NCBI RefSeq assembly: GCF_902713615.1
Contig: NC_052173.1
Span: 11,160,350-11,224,349 of the forward strand
DNA: 64,000 nucleotides
Reading direction: 5' to 3'
Origin: Scyliorhinus canicula
Taxonomy: Eukaryota
Within the stretch, counting starts at the first letter, position 1. Every line of letters begins with the position of its first letter. Position numbers and translations under genes: made by a program. Positions 51,831-64,000 of this stretch are shown in pieces. Under the pieces are notes generated by a model. That model was given only the letters and a program-made list of their open reading frames with translations. It did no database searches and was not told the origin of the DNA.

Positions 51831-51945
51831 GGTTGGGATTTTCCAGTCCCGTTCCTGCTCGAAGTCAACGGATCTTTGGCTGGTCCGTCAGATTTTACAC
51901 GCCTCCCATGCTGAATCCTGCCAAATGAGGGACAAAATCCCAGCC
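51831..51945. mobile_element. Short MITE in the probable LIMA1 3' UTR
   Basis: TIRs GGTTGGGATTTT / AAAATCCCAGCC. Confidence 0.65.
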
Positions 51946-52393
51946 ACAGTCGTTTGAAATCCAATCTTCCCTGCCCAGATGGTGGCTTATGCTCAAGAAT
52001 GGCAGCAGATAAAAACCCATGCCCTCACATAAGCACTTTGCATTCCAGACCCATTCTTTCAGTTGCTTGGCAGTACTTTGATCTTGACAAAGTTTAGCTT
52101 TTGGGAGGTTGTGTGGTTATGGCCAGTGAAGAGAGGGAGTAGGATTTCAAGTGCACACAAGTGCTATTTTAGACACTCATGTACACAGTTACTAAAGCAT
52201 TTTTAAAAATCTACAAATAGCAATCATCTCTCTTCTTACTCCAAATATATATTTTTTTCTTTTCAAAATAAAGTCCACATTAATAAAGGCACTTAGAATA
52301 AACCACTTTACAACAGAAAGTTCGGAGCTGATACTAACATCTATGAACCACAAGGCCAGTCACCAATTAAAATATGTAAATCACCCACAGTAT

Positions 52394-53506
<1,113 letters not shown>

Positions 53507-53659
53507 TCAACTGGTCATTTACAATGCACACAAATCATACAGTGTACCATCCTGTAAGTGGATTTGTTTTTCATATCCCATGAGGTTATACTGACCAGTT
53601 TGTATATTGAATGCCATGGCAATAGCAATGACAGACATCTACTAAATGAAATCCAGCAG

Positions 53660-53975
53660 TCATAGAATCTACAGTGCAGAAGGAGGCCATTCAGCCCATC
53701 GAGTCGACACTGGCCCTTGGATAGAGCACCCGACTTAAGCCCATACCTCAACCCTATCCCTGTAACCCCCCTAACCTTTTGGACACTAAAGGACAATTTA
53801 TCATGGCCAATCCACCCAACCTGCACACCTTTGGACTGTGGGAGGAAACCAGAGCACCCAGAGGAAACCCACGCAGACACAGGGAGAACGTGCAGACTCC
53901 ACACAGACCGTCACTGGAGGCCGGAATTGAACCAATGTCCCTGCAGCTGTACAGTGCTAACCACTGTGCCACCCC
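53660..53975 (-). mobile_element. HE1-like V-SINE, long form, in last LIMA1 intron
   Basis: V core and CR1-type tail. Confidence 0.88.
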
Positions 53976-54312
53976 TGGACAGAGTCTGGACAATGACCAT
54001 CAGGGAACTGTGTGTTGGAGCAGGAGGCGCATCACAGCAGAGACAAATCATGCCATCAGTGGATGCAAAGCCACACTTTCCAGCAGAGATTATTCGAACC
54101 CTTGCGTGGAAGAGTTATTTACATGCTGAGTATACTAAATAAGCTACATTGGACAGGGGACAGTTTGAAGGGAATGAGAACTCTCAGGAAACCTCTTTAA
54201 ATACAAAGTTCAGTCAATCCATACCCAAAATTGAGATAAAAAGGTCAGAAAGCTGAAACAATTTGGAGCCAAGTACAAGGTAAACCCAAAGTCTCCTGGA
54301 ATCAGAACCTTA

Positions 54313-54447
<135 letters not shown>

Positions 54448-55798
54448 CTAAGAGTCAAAAAAAAAAGGAGTGGGCTCATTGGTCACTTTCTGAAAGCTGC
54501 ATGGATAGCAAGACATTCTCAAATGTGACAAAACATTTCAGAATTAGGATTAACCAACACCAATGCATACATTTAAACACACTTTTATTCAAAAACAATC
54601 ATGGTGAGAAAACTGGCCTGAGAAAGAAAGTCCGCGACTGGAGGCAAGTATTCCTGCAAATTGGGTCACTTCAGCTGTTTGTGAATTCAGCTTAGCAAGT
54701 TTCCAATGCCTTCTCCAAATATTTTCCCCAATATCAGCAACTATTGTTCAAACTCAGTTAACAGCATGGAGATTGGGAAGAGGAGAAACAAGGCAACTTT
54801 TTAAAAAAAAGCCCTCTGGTGACCAGTGAGTATCCAGGATAAGAAGTGATGCCCTTTCAAGGTCGAAAGTAGAGCTCCAATTTGGCATCCTTCCATCCAA
54901 GTAAAGATGATGGACATGCAAACAAATCCATTTCAGATGGGGCGTCTTCACTGATGGTTGAAGAGGCCAATCCTCGAGAGGCGGGTTCTGTAGCACATGA
55001 AGTTACCACGGTGTCATTGTGGGTTGTCTTCAGCTTGGGCGTCAGTTGCCAAGCCACTGGCCAATGTATAATGTTAATGATTTAAAATGGTCAGTTTGAA
55101 AAATATCAATCGTGCATTAAAATGATGACCTCAATTAGACATTTGGAGGGGGGAGGTGGAAAATAGAAGGGGGCGGGGGTAAGGTGGGGGAAAATAGACA
55201 AAAACAGTAGGAAAGTAGGGAACTGAAAAAATTAAAATGTAGCCCTTGCCAGACCTCCAACCCTTAAAAAGAGCAGCATTGGCCATCACTTTGCACTGGG
55301 TCACCCACATGCCATTGAGCAGTGTGTCACCCCTTGGGACTTTAACTTCTTGATACAAATGCAAACCTTGCACAGTTGATAGTAATCTTCCTCTCCCTTC
55401 CCAAGAGTAACACAGACTCAAAGCTCAATCAAAAATCAAAGGACTTTAGTTAATTCTGCTCAGAGGAATTGTATATTTCAAAGAGTGAATCGTGGTCAGT
55501 TTAGCGCAGGTATTTTTGTTCATGGAAGCAAGCATAAAGGAGTCTTTTTTTTATAAAAGAGCAAATAGAACCTCATATCGGAGACAGAGGAATGCAGAGA
55601 GAAAAGGGATACTTCAGGAACAGGAAGTAGAAGCTGAAAAATAGGCAAAGAAATAGGATTAAACAGCAATGTACTAAACAACAACACAATGTCATAAAGG
55701 TTATACTACCATGTTTAATCACATTGAAGCAGTCTTTTGTTACAGGGATTAGACATTCTTCAAACGTTTCTTTCTCTGATTATTGAAAGCCAAATTTT

Positions 55799-56304
55799 TT
55801 TTCAATAAATTTAGAGTACCCAATTCATTTTTTCCAATTAAGGGACAATTTAGCGTGGCCAATACACCTATCCTGCACATCTTTGGTTTGTGGAGATGAA
55901 ACGCACGCAGACACGGGGAGAATGTGCCAACTCCACACGGACAGGGACTCACCGAGCCGGGATCGAACCTGGGACCTCGGTGCCATGAGGCAGCAATGCT
56001 AACCACTGCGCCACCATGCTGCCCCAAAAGCCAAATTTTAAGGGCAGCCCAGTGGCGCAGTGGTTAGCACTGCTGTCTTACAGGGCGGCATGTGGCGCAG
56101 TGGTTAGCACTGGGACTACGGCGCTGAGGACCCGGGTTCGCATCCCAGCCCTGGGTCACTGTCCGTGTGGAGTTTGCACATTCTCCCCATATCTGCGTGG
56201 GTTTCACCCCCACAACCCAAAGATATGCAGGGTAGGTGGATTGGCCACACTAAATTGCCCCTTAATTGGGAAAAAAATTGGGCACTTTAAATTTTAATAA
56301 AAAG
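55799..56304. mobile_element. Head-to-head pair of short V-SINEs in LIMA1 intron
   Basis: 55799-56026 (-) and 56042-56304 (+, duplicated head); shared target AAAGCCAAATTTT. Confidence 0.9.
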
Positions 56305-57044
56305 AAAGCCAAAGTTTAACTTCTCCAAAAAATGATTCTGTACATTTGAAGTTCTGGGCTTCTAAAAAGAGCCGAAAATATACTGAATATTTTAAAATAC
56401 AAAACATTGGCAGAGTTCTCTACATTTGGGTTGTAGTCTGGTATGGAATTTCCCCTTTAAGAAAGTAGCCTACTTTGGTGTATATGAAGTTACTCAATCC
56501 TCTAAAGGATACTCAATATCTGTTTGGACCTTCACGAGGACACAGCTAATTCCACTTCCTTGCAGATCAACTGGAGCCACAGATGCAAGAATGAGCTCAT
56601 CAGATCTTGTAACCATAGCAGCCGCTGGCTGAGAAAGGATCTACACTGCCAGCCACCTGCTGTGCGAATAGATACTAGCTGCTTTCATGCTGGAGCTGTC
56701 TGTTTAGATTGTGAAGGAGCAGCATCCAGTAGTCGGGCCATTGTTTAATGCAGCTCCCTTATCCTGATGATAAGCTTGGGAGACTTAAAATGCCGTCTGT
56801 TGTAGTACCGAGATAAGAGATTTAGTGGTGTAATGCAAACTCAAACAGGGGCCATAAAAGCAATGACACAGAGTAGGACGTTCCCAGATTCAACACCAGA
56901 TCGGTTAAAACTAGCTTATCCAGAGTATTACAAGTGGTTTCACCACCCTAAACTTTGAAGACAGGAGCAAAGGGAAAAGGAAAATAGTAATCAGAGGTAT
57001 GGTTCACATTCTTGATCATATCTAGCAACACATCTTTGAAAGAG

Positions 57045-57398
57045 GGCATGGCAGCATCGTAGCATAGTGGGGGCAGCACGGTAGCATAGTGGTTAGCACT
57101 GTGGTTTCACAGCACCAGGGTCCCAGGTTTGATTCCCGGCTTGGGTCACTGTCTGTGCGGAGTCTGCACGTTCTCCCAGTGTCTGCGTGGGTTTCCTCCG
57201 GGTGCTCCGGTTTCCTCCCACAGTCCAAAGACGTGCAGGTTAGGTGGACTGGCCATGATAAATTGCCCTGAGTGTCCAAAAAGGTTAGGAGGGGTTATTG
57301 GGTTAGGGGGATAGGGCGGAAGTGAGGGCTCAGTGGGTCGGTGCAGACTCGATGGACCGAATGGCCTCGTTCTGCACTGTATGTTCTATGTTTTATGT
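57045..57398 (+). mobile_element. HE1-like V-SINE, long form, with duplicated 5' head; L1 inserted right after its tail
   Basis: GGCAGCATCGTAGCATAGTGG repeated as GGCAGCACGGTAGCATAGTGG; V core; TGTTCTATG tail. Confidence 0.9.
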
Positions 57399-57893
57399 CA
57401 GAAAACCAGCCTTGGGACTTCCGGTGGCGGCGATGTCCGAGTGAGCCGCACATTCGGTGGGCTCTCACTCCGGCCGGCTGGAACAGCTGTTTCCCCGCGA
57501 TAGCGGGACTACGGAGGCGGTAGAAAGGCTGCCTGGAACAGAGGAGGAGAGCGGGCTGCAGAGGATGTAAGTGTGGAGGCCAGCAGGTGAGGAAGAAGGA
57601 GAGAGAGAGAGAAGGAGGAAGCTGACCTGCAGGTTAAGATAGCGGACCCACGGACCTTCCTTCCTCCAGGACAAAGGGAAAAAGAAAAAGTTTGGAGTTG
57701 CTGAGGAGGGACAGCTTGGACCCACTTCAGATGCCCAAGAGGTCAAATTGAAGGAGCTGGGCGAAGGAAAGCGGCAGCGGAGGTGCTGAGGAGCGGGCTG
57801 CGGCATATGGAACAGCGGGATTCCAGAAAGCAGAAGAAGAAGGAGAAAAAGGGACAGAGACAAGGACCGGAAGAAAATTACCTGGGACCTAAG

Positions 57894-58688
57894 ATGGCGG
57901 ACACACGGAACCCGGACTCAGCAATCCAGCTGGCGCTGGATAACATGCTCCAGGTAATGAAGTCCAGTTTTGAAGCGCTGAAGCGGGACAGCTTGGACCC
58001 AATCCAGAAAGCGGTGGATCAGCTGAACCAGAGGATGGACGCCCAGGATGTTAAAGTTAAGGAGCTGGGAGAAGCGGTGGAGGAGCAGGCGGATGCGCAA
58101 ACGGTTGCAGCGCTAGAAGTGGACGGCCTGAAAGAGCGGCAGAGAAGACTGCTGGACAGAGTAGAGGAGCTGGAGAATAGAGTCCGCAGGAACAATCTGA
58201 GGATGGTCGGCCTCCCGGAGGGGGCGGAGGGAGCTGATGCTGCAGCGTTTGTAGCAGACCTGCTGAAGCAGCTGATGGGGGCTGAAGCCTTTCCGCGACC
58301 GCTGGAGCTGGAGGGGGCACACAGGGTGCAGGCAAGGCAGGGGCGGCTGGGCGGACCCCCCCGCCCGATGGTGATTAGGTTCCACAGGTTCGTGGACAAG
58401 GAGCGGGTGCTGCAGTGGGCAAAGAGCGCCAGGAGCAGCACGTGGAATAACAGTGTGCTCCGCATCTATCAGGACCTAAGCCAGGAGGTGGCTCGGCGGC
58501 GAGCAGCCTTTAAGAATGTCAAGGAGGTGCTGTTCAAGAAGCACGTGAAGTTTGGTCTGCTGTTCCCAGCTCGGCTATGGGTCACGCACCAGGGTCAACA
58601 CCACTACTTTTCCGAGCCCGAAGAAGCGATGGATTTTGTGAGGGACCTGGGGATGGTCCCGAAAGGAGGCCCTAAGGACACGAGTTAG
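57894..58688 (+). CDS. L1 ORF1p (coiled coil + RRM + CTD, transposase_22 type)
   Basis: ELENRVRRNNLRMVGLPEG, LEGAHR, PRPMVIRF, IYQDLS, LFPARL; alternative upstream ATG at 57807. Confidence 0.92.
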   Translation: MADTRNPDSAIQLALDNMLQVMKSSFEALKRDSLDPIQKAVDQLNQRMDAQDVKVKELGEAVEEQADAQTVAALEVDGLKERQRRLLDRVEELENRVRRNNLRMVGLPEGAEGADAAAFVADLLKQLMGAEAFPRPLELEGAHRVQARQGRLGGPPRPMVIRFHRFVDKERVLQWAKSARSSTWNNSVLRIYQDLSQEVARRRAAFKNVKEVLFKKHVKFGLLFPARLWVTHQGQHHYFSEPEEAMDFVRDLGMVPKGGPKDTS

Positions 58689-59205
58689 GGCCCGAGGATT
58701 TCTGTGGGGAGGAACGCCGAATGTGCCTGGACTGCTGCTCAACGGTTTGCTGGGCCAATGGGGCCAAACGGAACATTTGAGACTCTTTCCTTTGTTCATG
58801 GACATTTATGTGCTTTTTCTCTTTTTTCTATGTTTTTTCCCCTTTTTTTTTTTCCTGTTTGGGCTTTTTGTGCAGCTCGCGGAAGACACTGGAGCCGGCT
58901 TGCCCCAGTGGGTGGGGAGGAGGGCGGGGAAACAAGGGGAATGGGACAGGAAGGCGCCGGAGTGTTGAGTCACCGGGCTAGCAGATTGGCTAGTCAAGGA
59001 AGTCAGATGGGGGGGAAAGCTATAGCCAGTAGATGGCAGGGGTGGGGGTATCGGGGGATGGGGTTAGGGGAGGGGGGGGGGGTTGTTCTGCTGACGGGAG
59101 AGGGACTTGAAATAGGCACTGGAAAGGAGGTCGAGGGTGGAGGCAGCTATAGGGCGGGCCAGGAAGGGCGCGACGCACGGGTCAGGGGCCGGCCCGAGAA
59201 AGGCT

Positions 59206-62200
59206 ATGGCTGACCGGCGGGGTGGGGGGGGTGGGATGTGCCCCCCGACCAGGCTGATCACCTGGAACGTCAAGGGACTGAATGGGCCGGTTAAGAGGGC
59301 GCGGGTGTTCGCGCACTTGCGGGCCCTGAGGGCGGACGTAATTATGTTGCAGGAGACACATCTGAAAGTGTCAGACCAGACCAGGCTAAGGAAGGGCTGG
59401 ATTAGCCAGGTCTTCCACTCGGACTTGGACTCGAAGTCCAGAGGGGTGGCAATCATGATCAACAAGCGTGTGCAATTTGAGGCAGAGGGCATATCCGCAG
59501 ACAGGGGGGGCAGATACCTGATGGTACGGGGCAGGCTGGAGGGGAGAAGAGTGGTGCTGGTGAATATATATGCCCCGAACTGGGATGACGTGGACTTCAT
59601 TAAAAGAGTGCTGGGGAAGATCCCGGACTTGGATTCTCGCAGGCTAATAATGGGAGGGGACTTTAACATGGTCCTTGACCCGACTTTGGATCGGTCGTGT
59701 CCCAGAACGGGTAGGCTCTCAGCAATGGCAAGGGAGCTGAAAGGGTTTATGGAGCAAATGGGGGCAGTGGACCCCTGGAGGGAGGGACAGCCAACAGGAA
59801 GGGGCTACTCGTTCTACTCGCACGTCCACAAAGTATATTCCAGGATAGATTTCTTTGTGCTAAGCAGGGACTGTAGGGGGGAGGTAAAGAACACGGAATA
59901 CTCAGCAATTACCATTTCAGACCATGCCCCGCATTGGGTGGACCTGCAGTTCGGGGGAGCGAGGTATCAACGCCCGCAATGGAGGCTAGATGTGGGACTG
60001 CTGTCGGAGGAGGGGATCTGCGAGAGGCTTCGGAAATGTATAAAAAATTACCTGCAGGTGAATGACACTGGGGAGGTCTCAGCGGCGACCGTGTGGGAGG
60101 CGCTAAAGGCAGTAGTGCGGGGGGAGCTGATTTCAATTGGGGCCCATAGAGCCAAGGCAGACCGGGCAGAGATGGATAGATTGGTCAGGGAAATGGGCCG
60201 GATAGATGAAGAGCACGCGGAGTCCCCGGGGGAGGTTTTACTCAGGGAAAGGCAGAGGCTACAGGCGGAACTGGGGGCACTATCCACGAGCAGGGCCGTG
60301 GAACAGCTTAGGAAGGCGAGGGGAGTGGTGTACGAGTATGGGGAAAAGGCTAGCAGACTGTTAGCGCAGCAACTTAGGAGGAGGGAGGCGGCCAGGGAAA
60401 TAGGTAGAGTGAGGGACGAGGGGGGGCACAAAGTGGAGGATCCGGCAGAATTGAATAGGGTATTCCGGGACTTCTATCGTAAGCTGTATACTTCGGAGCC
60501 GCCAGAAGAACCGGAGGGGATGAAAAGGTTTCTGGATGGGTTAACATTCCCAACAGTTGGGGGGGGGCGAGTGGAAGAGCTGGGGGCCCCGATTAGAGTA
60601 GAGGAGGTATTGGGGGGCCTAAAGGCCATGCAGTCGGGGAAGTCCCCGGGGCCGGATGGATACCCAGTAGAGTTTTATAGGAAGTTCTCTGAGCTGGTGG
60701 GCCCGGTCTTGGCGAGGGTTTTCAATGAGGCAAGGGACAGAGGGACCCTGCCGCCGACGATGTCACAAGCCACCATATCTCTGATATTAAAGCGGGGTAA
60801 AGACCCGGAGGTGTGCGGGTCCTACAGGCCAATCTCCCTGATTAATGTAGATGCCAAGCTCCTGGCAAAGGTACTGGCGGGTAGAATGGAGGACTGTGTA
60901 CCGGAGGTGATTGGGGAGGTTCGTGAAAGGTAGGCAGCTGGCGGCCAATCTGAGGAGATTGCTCAATGTGATAATGATGCCCCCGGCGGGTAGAGAGGTG
61001 GAGGTAGTGGTGGCTATGGACGCCGAGAAGGCCTTTGACCGGGTGGAGTGGGAATATCTATGGGAGGTGCTCGGACGGTTTGGGTTCGGGGAGGGATTGG
61101 TGGATTGGATCAAATTATTATATCAGGCCCCGAGGGCCAGCGTCAGGACCAACAGAGAAGTGTCGGAGTACTTTAGGTTGTACCGAGGGACCAGGCAGGG
61201 CTGCCCGCTCTCCCCGCTGCTGTTTGCGCTGGCCATAGAGCCGCTGGCGATTGCGCTGAGAGCCGCAGAGGGTTGGAAGGGGATGGTGAGGGGCGGGGTT
61301 GAACATAGGGTTTCTCTTTATGCAGACGACCTGCTCCTGTACGTGTCGGACCCAGTGGCCGGGATGGGAACTATACTGGGAATGCTGAGGGAGTTCGGCC
61401 AGTTCTCAGGATACAAATTAAATACGGTCAAGAGTGAAATGTTTGTGGTACAGGCAAGGGGCCAGGAGAACAGATTGAGAGGGCTACCGTTTAGGTTAGT
61501 TGAGGAAAATTTCCGGTATTTGGGAATCCAGGTGGCGCGAGACTGGGGCAGGCTGCACAAGTTAAATTTGGCCAGGGTGGTGGAGCAAATGAAGGGAGAG
61601 TTTCGGAGATGGGATGCACTCCCGCTGTCGCTGGCAGGGAGGGTGCAGACTGTAAAGATGACAATCCTCCCTCGATTTTTGTTTATTTTTCAGTGCCTCC
61701 CGATCTTTATCCCACAGTCCTTCTTCAAAAGAGTTAACGGGCTGATCATGAGCTTTGTCTGGGCGGGAAAGTCTCCGCGGGTGAAGAAGGCGATGTTGGA
61801 GAGGAACCGCAGCGAGGGAGGGCTGGCGTTGCCGAGTCTGGTCAATTATTACTGGGCAGCCAACATCGCTATGATAAGGAAGTGGATGGTGGGTACGGGG
61901 TCTATTTGGGAGCGAGTGGAGGCGGCTTCGTGCAGGGGCTCCAGTTTGGAAGCCCTGGTCACGGCTCCTCTACCGCTGCCGCCGGCCAAGTACACCACCA
62001 GCCCGGTAGTGGTGGCGACCCTGCGGATATGGGGCCAGTGGAGGAGGCATGTGGGGGAGATGGGGGCGTCTGTCTGGGCGCCAATCTGCGACAACCATCG
62101 GTTTGCCCCCGGCAGTATGGATGGGGGGTTCCGAGTATGGCGGCGAGCAGGGGCGGGAAGGGTGGGTGATATGTTCCTGGAAGGGAGCTTCGCGAGTTTG

Positions 62201-62989
62201 AGGAGCTTGGAGGAGAAATTTGGGTTGGTAGGGGGAAATGATTTTAGATACCTACAGCTGCGGGACTTTGTTCGTAGACAGGTCCCATCTTTCCCGCGCC
62301 TCCCGCCAATGGGGATCCTAGACAGAATAGTCTCTGGGAGGGACGAAGGGGAGGGTAGAGTCTCAGGTATTTATAAGGTGCTCATGAGGGAGGAAGGGTC
62401 CCAGACAGAGGAACTGAAACTTAAATGGGAGGAGGAGCTAGGCGGGGAAATGGAGGATGGGCTGTGGGCAGAGGCCCTGAGTAGGGTAAACTCGACCGCG
62501 ACATGTGCAAGGCTCGGGCTGATCCAATTTAAGGTCGTTCACCGGGCCCATATGACGGTGGCTCGGATGAGCAAATTTTTCGGGATAGAGGACAAATGCG
62601 CTAGGTGCGCGGGAGGACCAGCGAACCATGTGCACATGTTTTGGGCATGCCCTGAGCTGAGGGGGTACTGGGAGGGATTTGCGGGGGTCATGGCTCAGGT
62701 GCTAAAAACAAGGGTGGTGATGAGTCCAGGGGTGGCAATTTTTGGGGTTTCGGAAGACCCGGGCGTCCAGGGGGAGAAAGCGGCCGATGTGCTGGCCTTT
62801 GCTTCCCTGATAGCCCGGCGACGAATATTATTGGCGTGGAGGGACTCAAAGCCCCCGAAGACTGAGTGGTGGCTTGCGGACATGTCAAGTTTCCTGGGGA
62901 TGGAAAAAATTAAGTTCGCCTTGAGGGGATCTGTGCAGGGGTTCACCCGGAGGTGGCAACCATTTATTGACTTCTTTGCGGGAGAGTGA
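59206..62989 (+). pseudogene. L1 ORF2p (APE endonuclease, RT, Cys-rich tail) with one frameshift near 60918
   Basis: ITWNVKGLN, LQETH, GGDFN, SRIDFF, SDH, YRPISL, DAEKAFD, GTRQGCPLSP, YADD, CARC...HMFWAC; split over ORFs 59137..60933 and 60911..62989. Confidence 0.93.
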
Positions 62990-63479
62990 GCGTCAGCAGG
63001 GGGGTGGGGGGAGGGGGGGGGGGGGGGGGGGGTAGAGTAGAGTAGGAGGGAAAATATGGCGGGTAGTACGGGTGGGAGGGGAGCGGGCTTGTGCAATACG
63101 GTATGATGGAAGTATTGAAAGTACGTGGATGTTTGCACATTTTTGCCTTTTTTGCTTCCTTTCTGATGATGTCTGTAACTGTTTATAAAGCCAAAAGCTA
63201 CCTCAATAAAATTGTTTATTAAAAAAAAAAGAAAACCAGCCTTGGGACAGTTTTCAGTGTACCCCCACACGCTCTCCTTGGTTGCCACCCCTATTGGCCA
63301 CATGAGTGAGCTACGGGAGTACTGTTGGAGTCCAAGAGTTATAGCACAGTCCAGGACGGCACTTTAAAGAGAGAATAACTGGACAAAATGATCAAAATCC
63401 CCAGATTTCTAAAGTTGAGCTTCACATACACGAATTCCAAACAAGTCAATGACTGAGCAGATGGAAGAGAGATATTTAC

Positions 63480-63583
63480 CTTAAAAGATTTGGCTGGATT
63501 ACTTTGAATTTCCATGGTTGATCTTGGGTGCTTTATACCCTGAGCTGAAAGCTTCGGTGTCCCTCCTTCATTTTCCACATTAA
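63480..63583 (-). CDS. LIMA1: LIMA1 exon upstream of LIM domain (VNVENEGGTPKLSAQGIKHPRSTMEIQSNPAKSFK)
   Basis: gaacag| ... |gtaaat, 104 bp; ends in phase 0, joining PAKSFK to KFQLPARE as in human PPKAMK-KFQAPARE. Confidence 0.8.
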
Positions 63584-63936
63584 CTGTTCATTTTAAAAGA
63601 TTAAAAGCATGAATTAAAGCCAAATAATCTACAAGCTCTTATTTCAAATCAGTATTTTTAGTTGTTACTGCTGAGAAGAAATCAATGCTGGTTTGATTTT
63701 CTGTTTTAAGTTCAAACATGTCACTGAAATCACCACTGGCTGGAAGTGGATTCACACCTGCACATCTCCACACACAATATTCATTTTCAATAATGCTGCT
63801 TTGGAGATGCCGCTGCAGGAAGTCACGTGACCCCTCTCATCCACTGGCATTAGGGCAACTCTGGTGTTTGTCCTCATGGCATTGGAGACGCAGATAGAAA
63901 ATGCATTTGGTGTACATTTCGAATAAATGGGCTCAC

Positions 63937-64000
63937 CTTGACCATCTACTTGTTTTTCAGAAGCAGAACTTATCCAAGAGTTTGGGGTGGTCTCACTCAC
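63937..64000 (-). CDS. LIMA1: Probable LIMA1 exon, running to the window edge (VSETTPNSWISSASEKQVDGQ)
   Basis: Donor caag|gtgagc in phase 1 matches the next exon; acceptor not visible in window. Confidence 0.6.

Larger units (their letters stand above)
57415..63230 (+). mobile_element. Full-length L1 (LINE-1 clade) retrotransposon, antisense within a LIMA1 intron
   Basis: GGACTTCCGG start, ORF1, ORF2 (EN+RT+CCHC), poly-G 3' UTR, AATAAA and A tail; TSD AGAAAACCAGCCTTGGGAC at 57400-57418 and 63230-63248. Confidence 0.97.

Noticed and set aside
60900-60935. Programmed ribosomal frameshift in L1 ORF2
   Set aside because: Conserved DQT residues are missing, which indicates a deletion rather than recoding.

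Overview
Vertebrate genomic DNA, almost certainly from a cartilaginous fish (HE1/V-SINE, Deu-SINE and CR1 repeats typical of sharks; a catshark is plausible but not provable here). There is one N gap at 156-311. Two multi-exon genes face each other tail-to-tail. (1) On the + strand, 13 coding exons (422-38153) of a SPAK/OSR1 (STK39/OXSR1, GCK-VI) kinase, from the end of kinase subdomain V to the C-terminal CCT domain and stop codon; the 5' exons lie left of the window. (2) On the - strand, the last four exons of LIMA1/EPLIN (64000-52394) plus a 3' UTR. The kinase mixes SPAK-type and OSR1-type residues and sits beside LIMA1, in the position STK39 holds beside XIRP2 in the paralogous human block. 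This suggests a third SPAK/OSR1 ohnolog lost in mammals, and it is the main finding (inference; needs phylogeny and synteny). Introns are packed with transposons: a nearly intact full-length L1 (about 57415-63230), older L1, CR1, Gypsy, Harbinger and hAT remnants, MITEs and more than 30 SINE copies. A short V-SINE derivative carries L1-type A-tails and 11-16 bp TSDs rather than the CR1 tail of its long relative. Repeat boundaries are approximate. Comparisons with human proteins and gene order come from recall, not from a search.
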